Shown piece by piece: positions 8,132-16,567 of a stretch of DNA of 64,000 nt. The notes below the pieces were generated by a model. It was given only the letters and a program-made list of their open reading frames with translations, had not been told where the DNA came from and did not search any database. Position 1 is the first letter of the stretch. Every line of letters begins with the position of its first letter. The stretch is from Candidatus Margulisiibacteriota bacterium (GTDB lineage Bacteria; Margulisbacteria; WOR-1; O2-12-FULL-45-9). The stretch spans positions 34,833-98,832 of the forward strand of contig JBDRHP010000011.1 of NCBI GenBank assembly GCA_043816785.1, read 5' to 3'. A program made the translations under genes and the position numbers.

Positions 8132-10371
8132 TATGCGACAGCCTCGGTGAGTTTCATGGAGATAACTTTAGATACGCCGGGTTCTTCCATGGTTACACCG
8201 TAGATGCTGTCAGCCACCGCCATGGTCCGCTTGTTATGGGTGATGACGATAATTTGACTGTGGCCAGAGAAATCCTTGAGCATCTCGGCAAAGCGGCCGA
8301 TGTTGGCATCGTCTAAGGCAGCGTCAACTTCATCCATAAAACAGAAGGGGCTGGGGCGGATCTTAAGCAAAGAGAAAAGAATCGCAATAGCTGAAAGTGA
8401 TCGTTCACCGCCAGACAGCAGCGGCAGCGGCAGCCATTTACGGCCGGAAGGCCTGACCGAGATCTCGACTTCAGCTTCAAGCGAAGGCACCCCGGCAGTC
8501 AGGGCGATCTTGGCCTCGCCGCCGGCAAAAAGTTTGGCAAAGGTCTCGGAAAAAATCGTAGAGAGTTTATCCATGGTTTCCACAAACGTTTGTTCTGCTT
8601 TTAGATCTAGCTCGATGATCAGACTATTTAAGTTTTCGCGGGCAGAATTGAGGTCAGCCAGCTGGGCTTCGATAAAGGAAAGTCTTTCATTTTCTTTTTC
8701 GAATTCTTCAATTGCCAGCAAGTTAACCGGTTCAAGGTCGCGCAGCCTGGCTTTGCCAACCTCGATTTCCTTTTTGGCCTGGGAGGCGTTGGCCACTTCG
8801 TGAGGCAAGTTGGCGAGATCCTCAAGCGTTAAGTCGTATTCCAGTGAGAGCCGGTCGCGGGTGGCGCTCATTTCTCCTTCTAATTTAGCCAAAGAGATCT
8901 CTAGGCCAGTTTCTTCATTAAGGCTTTTCTTTTCAACCTGGTCTTCCTCTCTGATCTTTTGCTCTAGGAAAGCAATCTTGTTGCCGATGTTTTCCTTTTC
9001 CTGTCTTTTCTGCGCCAGGAGGCTTAAGGCCTCCTGTTTGGTTTTGGCTTGTTCGACTTTGCTGTTTAAGTTCTCCAGCTGGACGCGGTGGGCCTGAGAC
9101 GCGAACTCAACCTTGGCTTTTTGTTCGGCCAGCCTTTTGGCTTCTTCATCAAGCATTTCCAGTTTTAGTTTATAGGCTTCTTTTTTATCAGCTGAGGCGC
9201 CGACGGTCAGAGATAAGGCTGAACCTTTGTCCAGGGCAGCCAGCATTGAGGCAAGAAGCTCAACCAGGTTTTTTGTTTGTTCCACCAGCACCGAGAGCGT
9301 TTCGGCCAACGGGGAATCACCCAGATCAAAACCAGCCTGCTCCTTGGCCAGCTGGCTTCCCAGCTCTGCGATCTTTTGGTGGATCTCTGCTTGCCGATTG
9401 GCCAGTTCTTCCAGCGTTTTTTCTTCTCTTTTCTGTTCACCTTCAGTGAAGCGCCGGTCAAGTTCGATGTCGCGCAACCGATCTTTTTCTTCATCCAGCT
9501 TGATCATGATCTCATCAATTTCCCGCTCCAGGGAGCGATGCGTGTCCTTTAATGTTTGTAATTCACCGAAGTCCTTTTCCTCTGTTTCTTTTTTGAGTTG
9601 TGATTCCTGGCGGACTTTCTCTAATTCAGCCAGGAGTTTGTCTCTTTTCTCAAAAATGTTCGTTAACAGGCGCTTGCTCAGGCCCAGATCAAGGTCTTTG
9701 ACTTTGGTCTGGACTTCCAAGTATTCCTTAGCCGCTTTGGCTTGTTCTTCCAGGGTGATCAAGTGCTCGGCAACCTCGATCTTTAGGTCGCTGATCCTTA
9801 GGATGTTTTGTTCCGCGGCGATCAATTTTTTCTCGGCCGAATATTTTCTGGTCTTATATTTATTAATGCCAGCGGCTTCCTCAAAAACCGCGCGGCGCTC
9901 TTCGCCTTTACTGGAAAGGATGGCATCAACCTTGCCCTGGGTAATGATCGAATATGTCCCTTCGCCCAGCCCGGTGTCCAGCAGCAGGTCTTTAATGTCT
10001 TTTAATCGGCACTTGTTTTTATTGATCAAGAATTCACTTTCGTCTTCGCGGTAAGTGCGGCGTTTAATGGCAACTTCAGTGAAGGAGACCGGTAGTTTGC
10101 CTGCGGAATTGTCAAAAACCATGGCAACTTCAGCCAGGGACAGGGATTTGCGGGCAGCAGTGCCGGCAAAGATGATGTTGGAAAGATTGGCGACCCTTAG
10201 TTCGCGCGGATTATCTTCGCCCAGGACCCAGCGGGTGGCGTCCAAGAGATTGCTTTTGCCACAGCCGTTCGGTCCGACAATGGCGGTGATCCGGGCATCG
10301 GAAGAAAACTCGATCTCCGTTTGATCGGCAAAGGTCTTGAAGCCGCGCAAGATTAAGGATTTGAGGAACAT
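8131..10371 (-). CDS. smc: SMC-like chromosome segregation ATPase, short hinge-less form
   Basis: 746 aa. The N-terminal head is LRGFKTFADQTEIEFSSDARITAIVGPNGCGKSNLLDATRWVLGE (Walker A). The C-terminal head is LSGGERSLSAIAILFSLLKIRPSPFCFMDEVDAALDDANIGRF (ABC signature plus Walker B, with D-loop). The middle is E/K/L-rich coiled coil, with no recognisable hinge domain. Confidence 0.8.
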   Translation of the reverse strand: MFLKSLILRGFKTFADQTEIEFSSDARITAIVGPNGCGKSNLLDATRWVLGEDNPRELRVANLSNIIFAGTAARKSLSLAEVAMVFDNSAGKLPVSFTEVAIKRRTYREDESEFLINKNKCRLKDIKDLLLDTGLGEGTYSIITQGKVDAILSSKGEERRAVFEEAAGINKYKTRKYSAEKKLIAAEQNILRISDLKIEVAEHLITLEEQAKAAKEYLEVQTKVKDLDLGLSKRLLTNIFEKRDKLLAELEKVRQESQLKKETEEKDFGELQTLKDTHRSLEREIDEIMIKLDEEKDRLRDIELDRRFTEGEQKREEKTLEELANRQAEIHQKIAELGSQLAKEQAGFDLGDSPLAETLSVLVEQTKNLVELLASMLAALDKGSALSLTVGASADKKEAYKLKLEMLDEEAKRLAEQKAKVEFASQAHRVQLENLNSKVEQAKTKQEALSLLAQKRQEKENIGNKIAFLEQKIREEDQVEKKSLNEETGLEISLAKLEGEMSATRDRLSLEYDLTLEDLANLPHEVANASQAKKEIEVGKARLRDLEPVNLLAIEEFEKENERLSFIEAQLADLNSARENLNSLIIELDLKAEQTFVETMDKLSTIFSETFAKLFAGGEAKIALTAGVPSLEAEVEISVRPSGRKWLPLPLLSGGERSLSAIAILFSLLKIRPSPFCFMDEVDAALDDANIGRFAEMLKDFSGHSQIIVITHNKRTMAVADSIYGVTMEEPGVSKVISMKLTEAVA

Positions 10372-10439
10372 CTTGCATTAATAATAACATAAAATCGATT
10401 CTGGGGGCAACTAAGCGAAATGATGTTCTTAAGTGTTGA

Positions 10440-10535
10440 GGGGAGCCTCCCTGAGCGACTCGATTGAGCACCTCGACTTCGCTCAGTGCTGCCCTGAGCT
10501 TGTCGAAGGGCTCGTCGAAGTCTTGTCGAAGGCCC
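10440..10535. repeat. structured intergenic repeat element, copy B (diverged)
   Basis: It contains GAGCACCTCGACTTCGCTCAGTGCTGCCCTGAGCTTGTCGAAGGGCTCGTCGAAG, which matches the core of copies A and C. It sits between the aldolase gene and the smc start. Confidence 0.45.
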
Positions 10536-10545
10536 CCTTATTTAA

Positions 10546-11655
10546 TTATCCAGAATAATATTGGGCTGTGTTCACGTTCCCTACAGCTCTCATCACGTCA
10601 ACCGCTTTTTGGTAAGCGGCTTCCTCTGCGGCTTTTACAGAAGTCTCATCCATCCACCGCAACATCTCATCAATCACAGCTAGTTTTTTGCGGCCAACTT
10701 TTGGGCGAGTCCCTTGCTCATTGCCAGTGGCCATATTTAATACTTGCTGCCAACCCGGGACCGCTTTTATCATGGCTTCATAAAGAACGGTCGCATAGTT
10801 AAGCTTTTGGAACCCGCCTTTTAATGATGTTCTGGCCAGGTCATGCAAGGCAAATCCTGAACCGCCATGTAAATTAACCGGCATTTCCGGGAGCGCATTT
10901 CTAACTGCGAAGAGCCGGTCTTCTTCCATGACTGAGCTTCCGGGAAGAGCCCCATGCACGTTCTTGGAGAGGGTCACCACCAAAACATCTACCCCGGTTT
11001 CCTTGGCAAACCGGATCGCTTTAGCTGGATCGGTCGGCTCCGCAACGTCCACCAGCTCGATCTCACCTTCAATTCCGACTCCTTTAGGATGAGCATAGTT
11101 GACCCAGTCGCGAGCAGTGCCAGTAAGCTGTTCCCAATCCTTCATCTTTCCGCCATCAAAAGCAGCGGAAGTGAACCCTGCCTGAACGCCGGCTTCTAAA
11201 ATATTTTTCCTGGCGCCGTGGTCATAATGTATCGCGATCGGGATCCCCGCCATATCGAGACTTTCATAGACCGCAAAGATATGCTGCACAAAATCTTCCA
11301 AGCCTGCCTGGATCCCCTCGGCGCTAAAACCGTGCCTGGAAAGAACGCCGGTATAGGGAGAGCCTTCCTTTCCAAGCTCACTATCCGCGATCTCCAAAAG
11401 GACCGGAGCTTCCAGGTCTCTGGCCGCCCGAAGGACTGGTGTCACAGTTGAAGGGCCGATGTATCCGGCTTCCCAGCCTTCTGCCGGTTTCAAAGGAAAA
11501 TTCCTGATGTTGAAGGCTAAGACCGCAAAGTTACCCTTCGCGATCGGCTGTCTATACATCTCGCCAAACCCCATGGTCCTGATGTTTCTTCCTCTTTTCA
11601 TCTGAGCTAATGTTGGATGCGCTGATAATGGTGCTAATTGAATTATTCCTGGCAT
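10546..11655 (-). CDS. class II fructose-bisphosphate/tagatose-bisphosphate aldolase family protein
   Basis: 369 aa. AIHYDHG corresponds to the HLDHG zinc ligand and NLHGGSG to the LHGGSG motif of class II aldolases. Confidence 0.6.
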   Translation of the reverse strand: MPGIIQLAPLSAHPTLAQMKRGRNIRTMGFGEMYRQPIAKGNFAVLAFNIRNFPLKPAEGWEAGYIGPSTVTPVLRAARDLEAPVLLEIADSELGKEGSPYTGVLSRHGFSAEGIQAGLEDFVQHIFAVYESLDMAGIPIAIHYDHGARKNILEAGVQAGFTSAAFDGGKMKDWEQLTGTARDWVNYAHPKGVGIEGEIELVDVAEPTDPAKAIRFAKETGVDVLVVTLSKNVHGALPGSSVMEEDRLFAVRNALPEMPVNLHGGSGFALHDLARTSLKGGFQKLNYATVLYEAMIKAVPGWQQVLNMATGNEQGTRPKVGRKKLAVIDEMLRWMDETSVKAAEEAAYQKAVDVMRAVGNVNTAQYYSG

Positions 11656-11747
11656 TTTCTTTTCCTCCTTAGTTTAATAATCTCATTGGATTTTTATTTT
11701 TGAAACAATTTTGATTCTTCTCACCACCCCCTTAAATTAAATCATTT

Positions 11748-12797
11748 TTATTTATCCTCGACAAAGCGAACCGCATAGTCGGGGTCGTGAGGGCTAGGGT
11801 AGCGGTAGATACGGTAGCCGCTGCGCAGGCGGCGAAGAACAAATTCGCCCGGATACTTTTCATGCTCCGTTTCTGTCCATATCCAATAGCCTGTGCCTTC
11901 TAACTGATCTCCTAGCAATCTGTTTAGGTCCAACAATTCTGGTTCGGTTGAGATCCTGATTTTACTGCCAGGGTTTTGCTCATTTGTCTCTGCGGCAACC
12001 TTTCTGCCATTCGATAAACTTCCGGGAACAACACCCTTCGCGACCCTAAAAGGCAGGCGGGAGTCATCGATCATTTCAGGGATTTCTATTTTGGGCTTTG
12101 ATCCGGCAGCAACCTGAGAAGGTTTGTCAACTTTGTCTGCGTAGTGAAAGGGGGCGCCAAATCCCAATTCTATTTTAACGCTCTCTTTTTCCTCCTCTTT
12201 AAGACCGCACACGCTTGCTTTACGACCAAAAACAGATTTGGAAAGAAAAAGCGATATCTCTTGCTTTTCACTTCGCGTTAATTCCAACGATTGCCGGAGA
12301 GGTGTTGTCATTGTGCCTATGCCATTATAGTTTCCGTTTTCATCGCGCTCGAGCAAGACCGAAGCGATCTTTTTACTATCTTTCAATCCTTTAAATATAT
12401 CTAAATTCCCCTCTTCTTCAAATCTCATGATAAATTTAGAGGCACATGCAAGAAACGTCTTGGCAGCCTCAGGCCCCGAAAAAAACGCTTTAACATCCTC
12501 TGGATGACGAAAAATGGGAGCCATCCTGGCAGCCTCAATTCCTGAAATAAACTCTTTAACGGCCGCTGGATTACCATCAAGTCCAAGGCCGGCAAAATCA
12601 TTTTCACTTTTAAATGCAATTTTTGTCCAAACATCCTTTTCTGTATCTGCCAGTAAAAACCGTCCGTTACGCGAAACACCTTTCAAGCCCTGCAAGTATC
12701 GGAGCCTATGTACCTCAGCGAAATTTCTGAACCCCGCCGGCCCCAATTTGTCATGTATCCCTTCAATCTTTCCGTATCTGGCTAATCCTAGCTTCAT
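11748..12797 (-). CDS. hypothetical protein (349 aa), third gene of an uncharacterised 3-gene operon
   Basis: Long ORF with no overlapping alternative frame. I recognise no motifs. It is separated from the upstream ORF by 1 nt. Confidence 0.5.
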   Translation of the reverse strand: MKLGLARYGKIEGIHDKLGPAGFRNFAEVHRLRYLQGLKGVSRNGRFLLADTEKDVWTKIAFKSENDFAGLGLDGNPAAVKEFISGIEAARMAPIFRHPEDVKAFFSGPEAAKTFLACASKFIMRFEEEGNLDIFKGLKDSKKIASVLLERDENGNYNGIGTMTTPLRQSLELTRSEKQEISLFLSKSVFGRKASVCGLKEEEKESVKIELGFGAPFHYADKVDKPSQVAAGSKPKIEIPEMIDDSRLPFRVAKGVVPGSLSNGRKVAAETNEQNPGSKIRISTEPELLDLNRLLGDQLEGTGYWIWTETEHEKYPGEFVLRRLRSGYRIYRYPSPHDPDYAVRFVEDK

Positions 12798-12798
12798 T

Positions 12799-13449
12799 TT
12801 ATTTCCCTCCTCCTAAATCGCCCCCGCGGATGGCTATGTGCAGGGCGGATAAGGCTTCATAGATCTTTTCAGCTTCGATTTTTGTCTGTACTTGCGGATG
12901 TAGCTCTAAAGGAAGCTCGGCTCTATTTTGTGCTTTTTCACTTAAATCTCTTGAAAAATCTGCTTTCTTATATGACCCTCTGGGGCATAAAAGCAAGTCA
13001 AGAATCCTGTTAAAAATTGAAAATGAATTGTCGGTAGGCGTATGTGGGAGAGGGGTGGCTAAAGAATCCCCCTCTTTTAGGTCTAATTCCTTGATCTCAA
13101 GTTTTTCTCCAGAACGAACTTCTGGCCCTGCAGCTTTCATATATAAATAATCGGTTCCAGTGGCCGTGCCTCTCTTAACATCCAGGGATATCTCAACCTG
13201 ACGTTCCTGAATCGTTGTCAGCAGAGAGGCTATAAGGGGAGTATAAGCGAGAACGTCTTGCGTCAGCTCAAATCTTAACTTAATATTGTTGGTCTCAGCG
13301 AGCGGCCTGGCATCTAAAATTGCTTCCTGTATAATTCCGCCATTTTCAGTGCGCCCCCTGGCATCTGTTCTTTTGATATATTGCATCTTTTTTAAGACAG
13401 CAATTCTATTTTTGGGAAGCCAAGGTGTTATTCTGGGAATTTTTGGCAT
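12799..13449 (-). CDS. hypothetical protein (216 aa), second gene of the uncharacterised operon
   Basis: ORF length and tight spacing to its neighbours. No recognisable domain. Confidence 0.5.
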   Translation of the reverse strand: MPKIPRITPWLPKNRIAVLKKMQYIKRTDARGRTENGGIIQEAILDARPLAETNNIKLRFELTQDVLAYTPLIASLLTTIQERQVEISLDVKRGTATGTDYLYMKAAGPEVRSGEKLEIKELDLKEGDSLATPLPHTPTDNSFSIFNRILDLLLCPRGSYKKADFSRDLSEKAQNRAELPLELHPQVQTKIEAEKIYEALSALHIAIRGGDLGGGK

Positions 13450-13524
13450 TTTATTTTCCTTTTTTCCGGGATGATTCCCAGATAATGCTGGGAACCACCC
13501 CGCTTTATATTTCCGGAAACTTAC

Positions 13525-14121
13525 TCACTTCTTTTTAAGATTGAGTATTTGTGAATAGTCGGCAAAAGTGGAATGTTCTCCGCCCATGGGCGCGCCCTTA
13601 TCAAAGAAGTTCCTGATTTCAGTGTCTCCCTCGCTGATAGAGCCTGCCGCCTTTGACGTTGCAGAATCGACCGCATTCATTAATTGGGTCCGTCTGCTTG
13701 GGCTTGAAATAATTCCGATCCTTAATTTGTGATGAGCCTTTGGATCTTCCAGGCTCAGGTTGTGCAGCGTTTTAGCTGCTCGCTCCACATCTATTGTGTC
13801 AGTGTGGGTAATCCCAGCAAAACTAGCAATGGCTTCGCCGAATCTGTTTGTTGATTTAACCCCTTTTGCGGCCAGGGCTCCGGATGAAACAAGAAGTCCT
13901 GTTGCCACGATGGCTAAAGCTCCCAGATCACTTCCGGATATGGCTATTGCAATAGCCGCAGCGGCGGTCGCAATGTTGGGTCCATAATAGCGGAGAAGGG
14001 AATTCTTAATCCCGCCCCCCAAAATTCGAACCCTTTTTTGAGAATATGCCCGGGCCTTGCTAGCGAAAATATTGCCTGCTCTTAAGTTGGCTGTATTTAA
14101 TGCTATTGGCATTTTTTTCAC
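13525..14121 (-). CDS. hypothetical membrane-associated protein (198 aa), Ala/Gly-zipper hydrophobic hairpin
   Basis: The central hydrophobic segment GPNIATAAAAIAIAISGSDLGALAIVATGLLVSSGALAAKG predicts a helical hairpin. It is the first gene of the operon, with an AT-rich promoter region upstream. Confidence 0.5.
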   Translation of the reverse strand: MKKMPIALNTANLRAGNIFASKARAYSQKRVRILGGGIKNSLLRYYGPNIATAAAAIAIAISGSDLGALAIVATGLLVSSGALAAKGVKSTNRFGEAIASFAGITHTDTIDVERAAKTLHNLSLEDPKAHHKLRIGIISSPSRRTQLMNAVDSATSKAAGSISEGDTEIRNFFDKGAPMGGEHSTFADYSQILNLKKK

Positions 14122-14322
14122 CTCCCTTTATGTTCCATTCATATCTCACCTAAATTTCAGGCTGATTTCGGTGATTAAGTTTAGCTAAATTTTATATAGC
14201 TAATTTTTTAGTATAAGAGCCATGAATAATACGATTGGAATTAATTAAAATCGCATAAATTCGCATAAAATTTTTATAAAAAAGTGAAATTTTCTATAGG
14301 AAAAGGTGATAAATTAGCAGAT

Positions 14323-14447
14323 GGAGCCTGAGACTAAACGTCTCGGCTCCATGAGAAAACAAACTCAAGGAACCGCGAAGCACCTCGACTTCGCTCGGTG
14401 CTGCCCTGAGCTTGCCGAAGGGTTCATTCGCAGGTTCCTTCGAAACC
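14323..14447. repeat. structured intergenic repeat element, copy C
   Basis: It has the hairpin GGAGCC-TGAGAC-TAAAC-GTCTC-GGCTCC, a linker, and then a 70 nt module identical to the reverse complement of copy A. It lies in the lacI-type regulator leader, immediately 5' of the SD GGGAGG. Confidence 0.6.
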
Positions 14448-14460
14448 GGGAGGTTTAATT

Positions 14461-15468
14461 ATGCCTAGAAAAGTACGGATCAAGGAAATAGCTAAGAAAG
14501 TAGGTTGTTCTCCGGCTACGGTTTCCCAAGCTTTTAATAACCCGAAACTCGTAAACCGCAAAACACGCGCTAATATCCTGGAGGTCTGTGAGGAATTGGG
14601 CTATGTCCGGAAACGCTTCAGCCAGAGAACGAAAAAGATCATCGGCGTTACGGGGATAAGCCATGAGCTTATATTGGGCGAATATTATAATAAGATAACT
14701 ACTGCCATCTTGTCGGCAGCCAAGGAACAGGGCATTAATGTGATTATTGAACATTTTGCGGATGAAGAGGAATGCTTGCCTCATATGTTCTCCAAAAAGA
14801 TCTTGGATGGCTTTCTTGTTCTAGGGAAGATCTCACAAGACCATGTCTTAATGATCAAGCAACAGGGCATTCCTTTGGTCCTCTGCGGCCATCCTATTCC
14901 GGGCATAGAACTGCATACCGTTTTAAGCGATGGAAGGGCAGGGATCTATGAGGTTACCAAGCATCTTATCGAGCTTGGCCACAAAAGATTCGCTTATCTG
15001 ACAGGCGGCCCTTTATTTGACCCTGTAACTTCAGATAGATTGGATGGTTTTAGATTTGCTTTAAATGAGGCAGGCATAACTTTTTCAGGGGATCATATTG
15101 CGATCGGGGATTTTTGCAATTGGGAGACCGCAAATAAAGCAGTGGATAAGCTTTTGAAATTAGATCCTCAGATAACCGCTTTGGTTTGCGAAAGCGATGC
15201 CTTAGCCTACACCGCTTATCAGGGACTGATGGAACTTGGCTATAAAATTCCCAAGGATATCTCTATCACTGGGTTTGACAACATTCCTTTTCCGCCTTAT
15301 ATAAATGCCATAAAAACAAAGTTAACCACGATTGATGTTAATCTTGAGGATTTAGGAAGAACTGCGGTAAATACCCTTTTAGATATTATTGAAAATCCTT
15401 CTCGTGCGGCTTGTCGGTATACATTGCCGGCGCAGTTGATTAAAGGAGAAACTACAGCGAAGGCCTAG
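14461..15468 (+). CDS. LacI-family transcriptional regulator
   Basis: The N-terminal HTH is RIKEIAKKVGCSPATVSQAFNNPKLVNRKTRANILEVCEELGY. A periplasmic-binding-protein-like sugar-binding core follows. The SD GGGAGG sits 7 nt upstream. Confidence 0.85.
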   Translation: MPRKVRIKEIAKKVGCSPATVSQAFNNPKLVNRKTRANILEVCEELGYVRKRFSQRTKKIIGVTGISHELILGEYYNKITTAILSAAKEQGINVIIEHFADEEECLPHMFSKKILDGFLVLGKISQDHVLMIKQQGIPLVLCGHPIPGIELHTVLSDGRAGIYEVTKHLIELGHKRFAYLTGGPLFDPVTSDRLDGFRFALNEAGITFSGDHIAIGDFCNWETANKAVDKLLKLDPQITALVCESDALAYTAYQGLMELGYKIPKDISITGFDNIPFPPYINAIKTKLTTIDVNLEDLGRTAVNTLLDIIENPSRAACRYTLPAQLIKGETTAKA

Positions 15469-16430
15469 GCAGCTTCTTTTCTTAACTCGCGAGCAGCTTC
15501 TTCATCTAAAAGAATGGTGACCTTGTTTCTAACCAAGGGTTGTCCAAGATAGTGGGCAGTAAAATTGGACGGATTGTAGGTGCCATAGAATAATTCACGA
15601 ATTGCTTCCGCCTTTCCTCTCCCGATGGCCATTAAAATGATCTTCTTTGCGGTAATGAACGTATTGAGTGAAATAGTCAGCGCGTGTTGAGGTGCCCCCC
15701 TTGTTGAAATATCACAATTTTCTTTAACGCACGCACAGGTCTCTCGGCTCTCATCCAGCCACTTCCAGGAGCGGATGCCTTGCCAAAGCTCAACGGTACG
15801 GGCGGGCAGGGCTCTGGGAACCAATTCTTGTCCAGGCCCCAAAAAGGCGATATGGCCATCCGGACCAATGCCGCAGACAATAAGATCTATGGGCGAATGT
15901 TTTCCCAGCCACAGATTAAATTGACCTTCCTCAGCTAATTTGGTGGCGAGGTCTGTGTTGCCGGGAAGGTGGGGGACATAAACATTCTTAAAGGTCTGAT
16001 AGATCTCTTGAATGGCCGTGCGCCTTGCGGCGGGATCTGAGGGAAGCCTAAAATCTTCCGGCAGAAAATGTTTTAGAAAATTCTTAATGAAATAATATTT
16101 GAAGCTGTAGGGATGTTCAAGCTGCCCTTCAATTCCATCTATCATTCCCATCTGGAAGTTTCCCTGTTCCCCTTTAAGCAGCCCGCTTAGATCTACGCCT
16201 TCTTCTTTGGCCATTTTGGAAAGTGCCCAATACATGCGAATGGGGGTATTGCAGCCGGGAGTTAAAACAGTTCCCTTGCCAGATTTTGCCAGGTCAAGGA
16301 TGCTCTGGGCAGCTTGGCGGCTAACTTGTTCGCGGGACAAGATCCGATAATCGAATCTTTCTGCCTTTTTTATAGCAGGAGTTAGTCTTCTATTGCTGGG
16401 CCTATATAATTGTAAAACAGCCTTTCCCAT
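15465..16430 (-). CDS. glucosamine-6-phosphate deaminase / 6-phosphogluconolactonase (NagB/Pgl) superfamily protein
   Basis: 321 aa. LIVCGIGPDGHIAFLGPG resembles the GIGxDGHxAFNEPG active-site region. It is convergent with the LacI gene and overlaps it by 4 nt. Confidence 0.55.
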   Translation of the reverse strand: MGKAVLQLYRPSNRRLTPAIKKAERFDYRILSREQVSRQAAQSILDLAKSGKGTVLTPGCNTPIRMYWALSKMAKEEGVDLSGLLKGEQGNFQMGMIDGIEGQLEHPYSFKYYFIKNFLKHFLPEDFRLPSDPAARRTAIQEIYQTFKNVYVPHLPGNTDLATKLAEEGQFNLWLGKHSPIDLIVCGIGPDGHIAFLGPGQELVPRALPARTVELWQGIRSWKWLDESRETCACVKENCDISTRGAPQHALTISLNTFITAKKIILMAIGRGKAEAIRELFYGTYNPSNFTAHYLGQPLVRNKVTILLDEEAARELRKEAA

Positions 16431-16531
16431 AGTTATTGCTCCAGTGTATATATATCGTCAAAAAACAGCTATAATTTCAGAATTTTTGAGGGTGTTACGA
16501 TGCAAATAGTCATAGGTATCAAGAGAGCCAT

Positions 16532-16559
16532 TTGCAACGCAGGAAGACTGTGTTACAAT
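16532..16559 (+). promoter_or_regulatory. putative promoter of the SLH-protein operon
   Basis: TTGCAA, a 16 nt spacer, then TGtTACAAT (extended -10). This sits 8 nt before the ATG at 16568. Confidence 0.4.
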
Positions 16560-16567
16560 AGCGAAAA

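Noticed and set aside
9227-10054. 275 aa serine-rich ORF on the plus strand
   Set aside because: It is entirely antisense to the SMC coiled-coil region, and its low-complexity composition mirrors the E/K/L-rich sense frame. A shadow ORF.
14323-14447. Calling the 70 nt cloverleaf-like repeat module a tRNA gene
   Set aside because: There is no U33 or anticodon-loop pattern. The proposed D-stem is too long at 6 bp, there is no 3' CCA or discriminator context, and the sequence is present as inverted dispersed copies. It is reported as a repeat with a tRNA-like fold instead.
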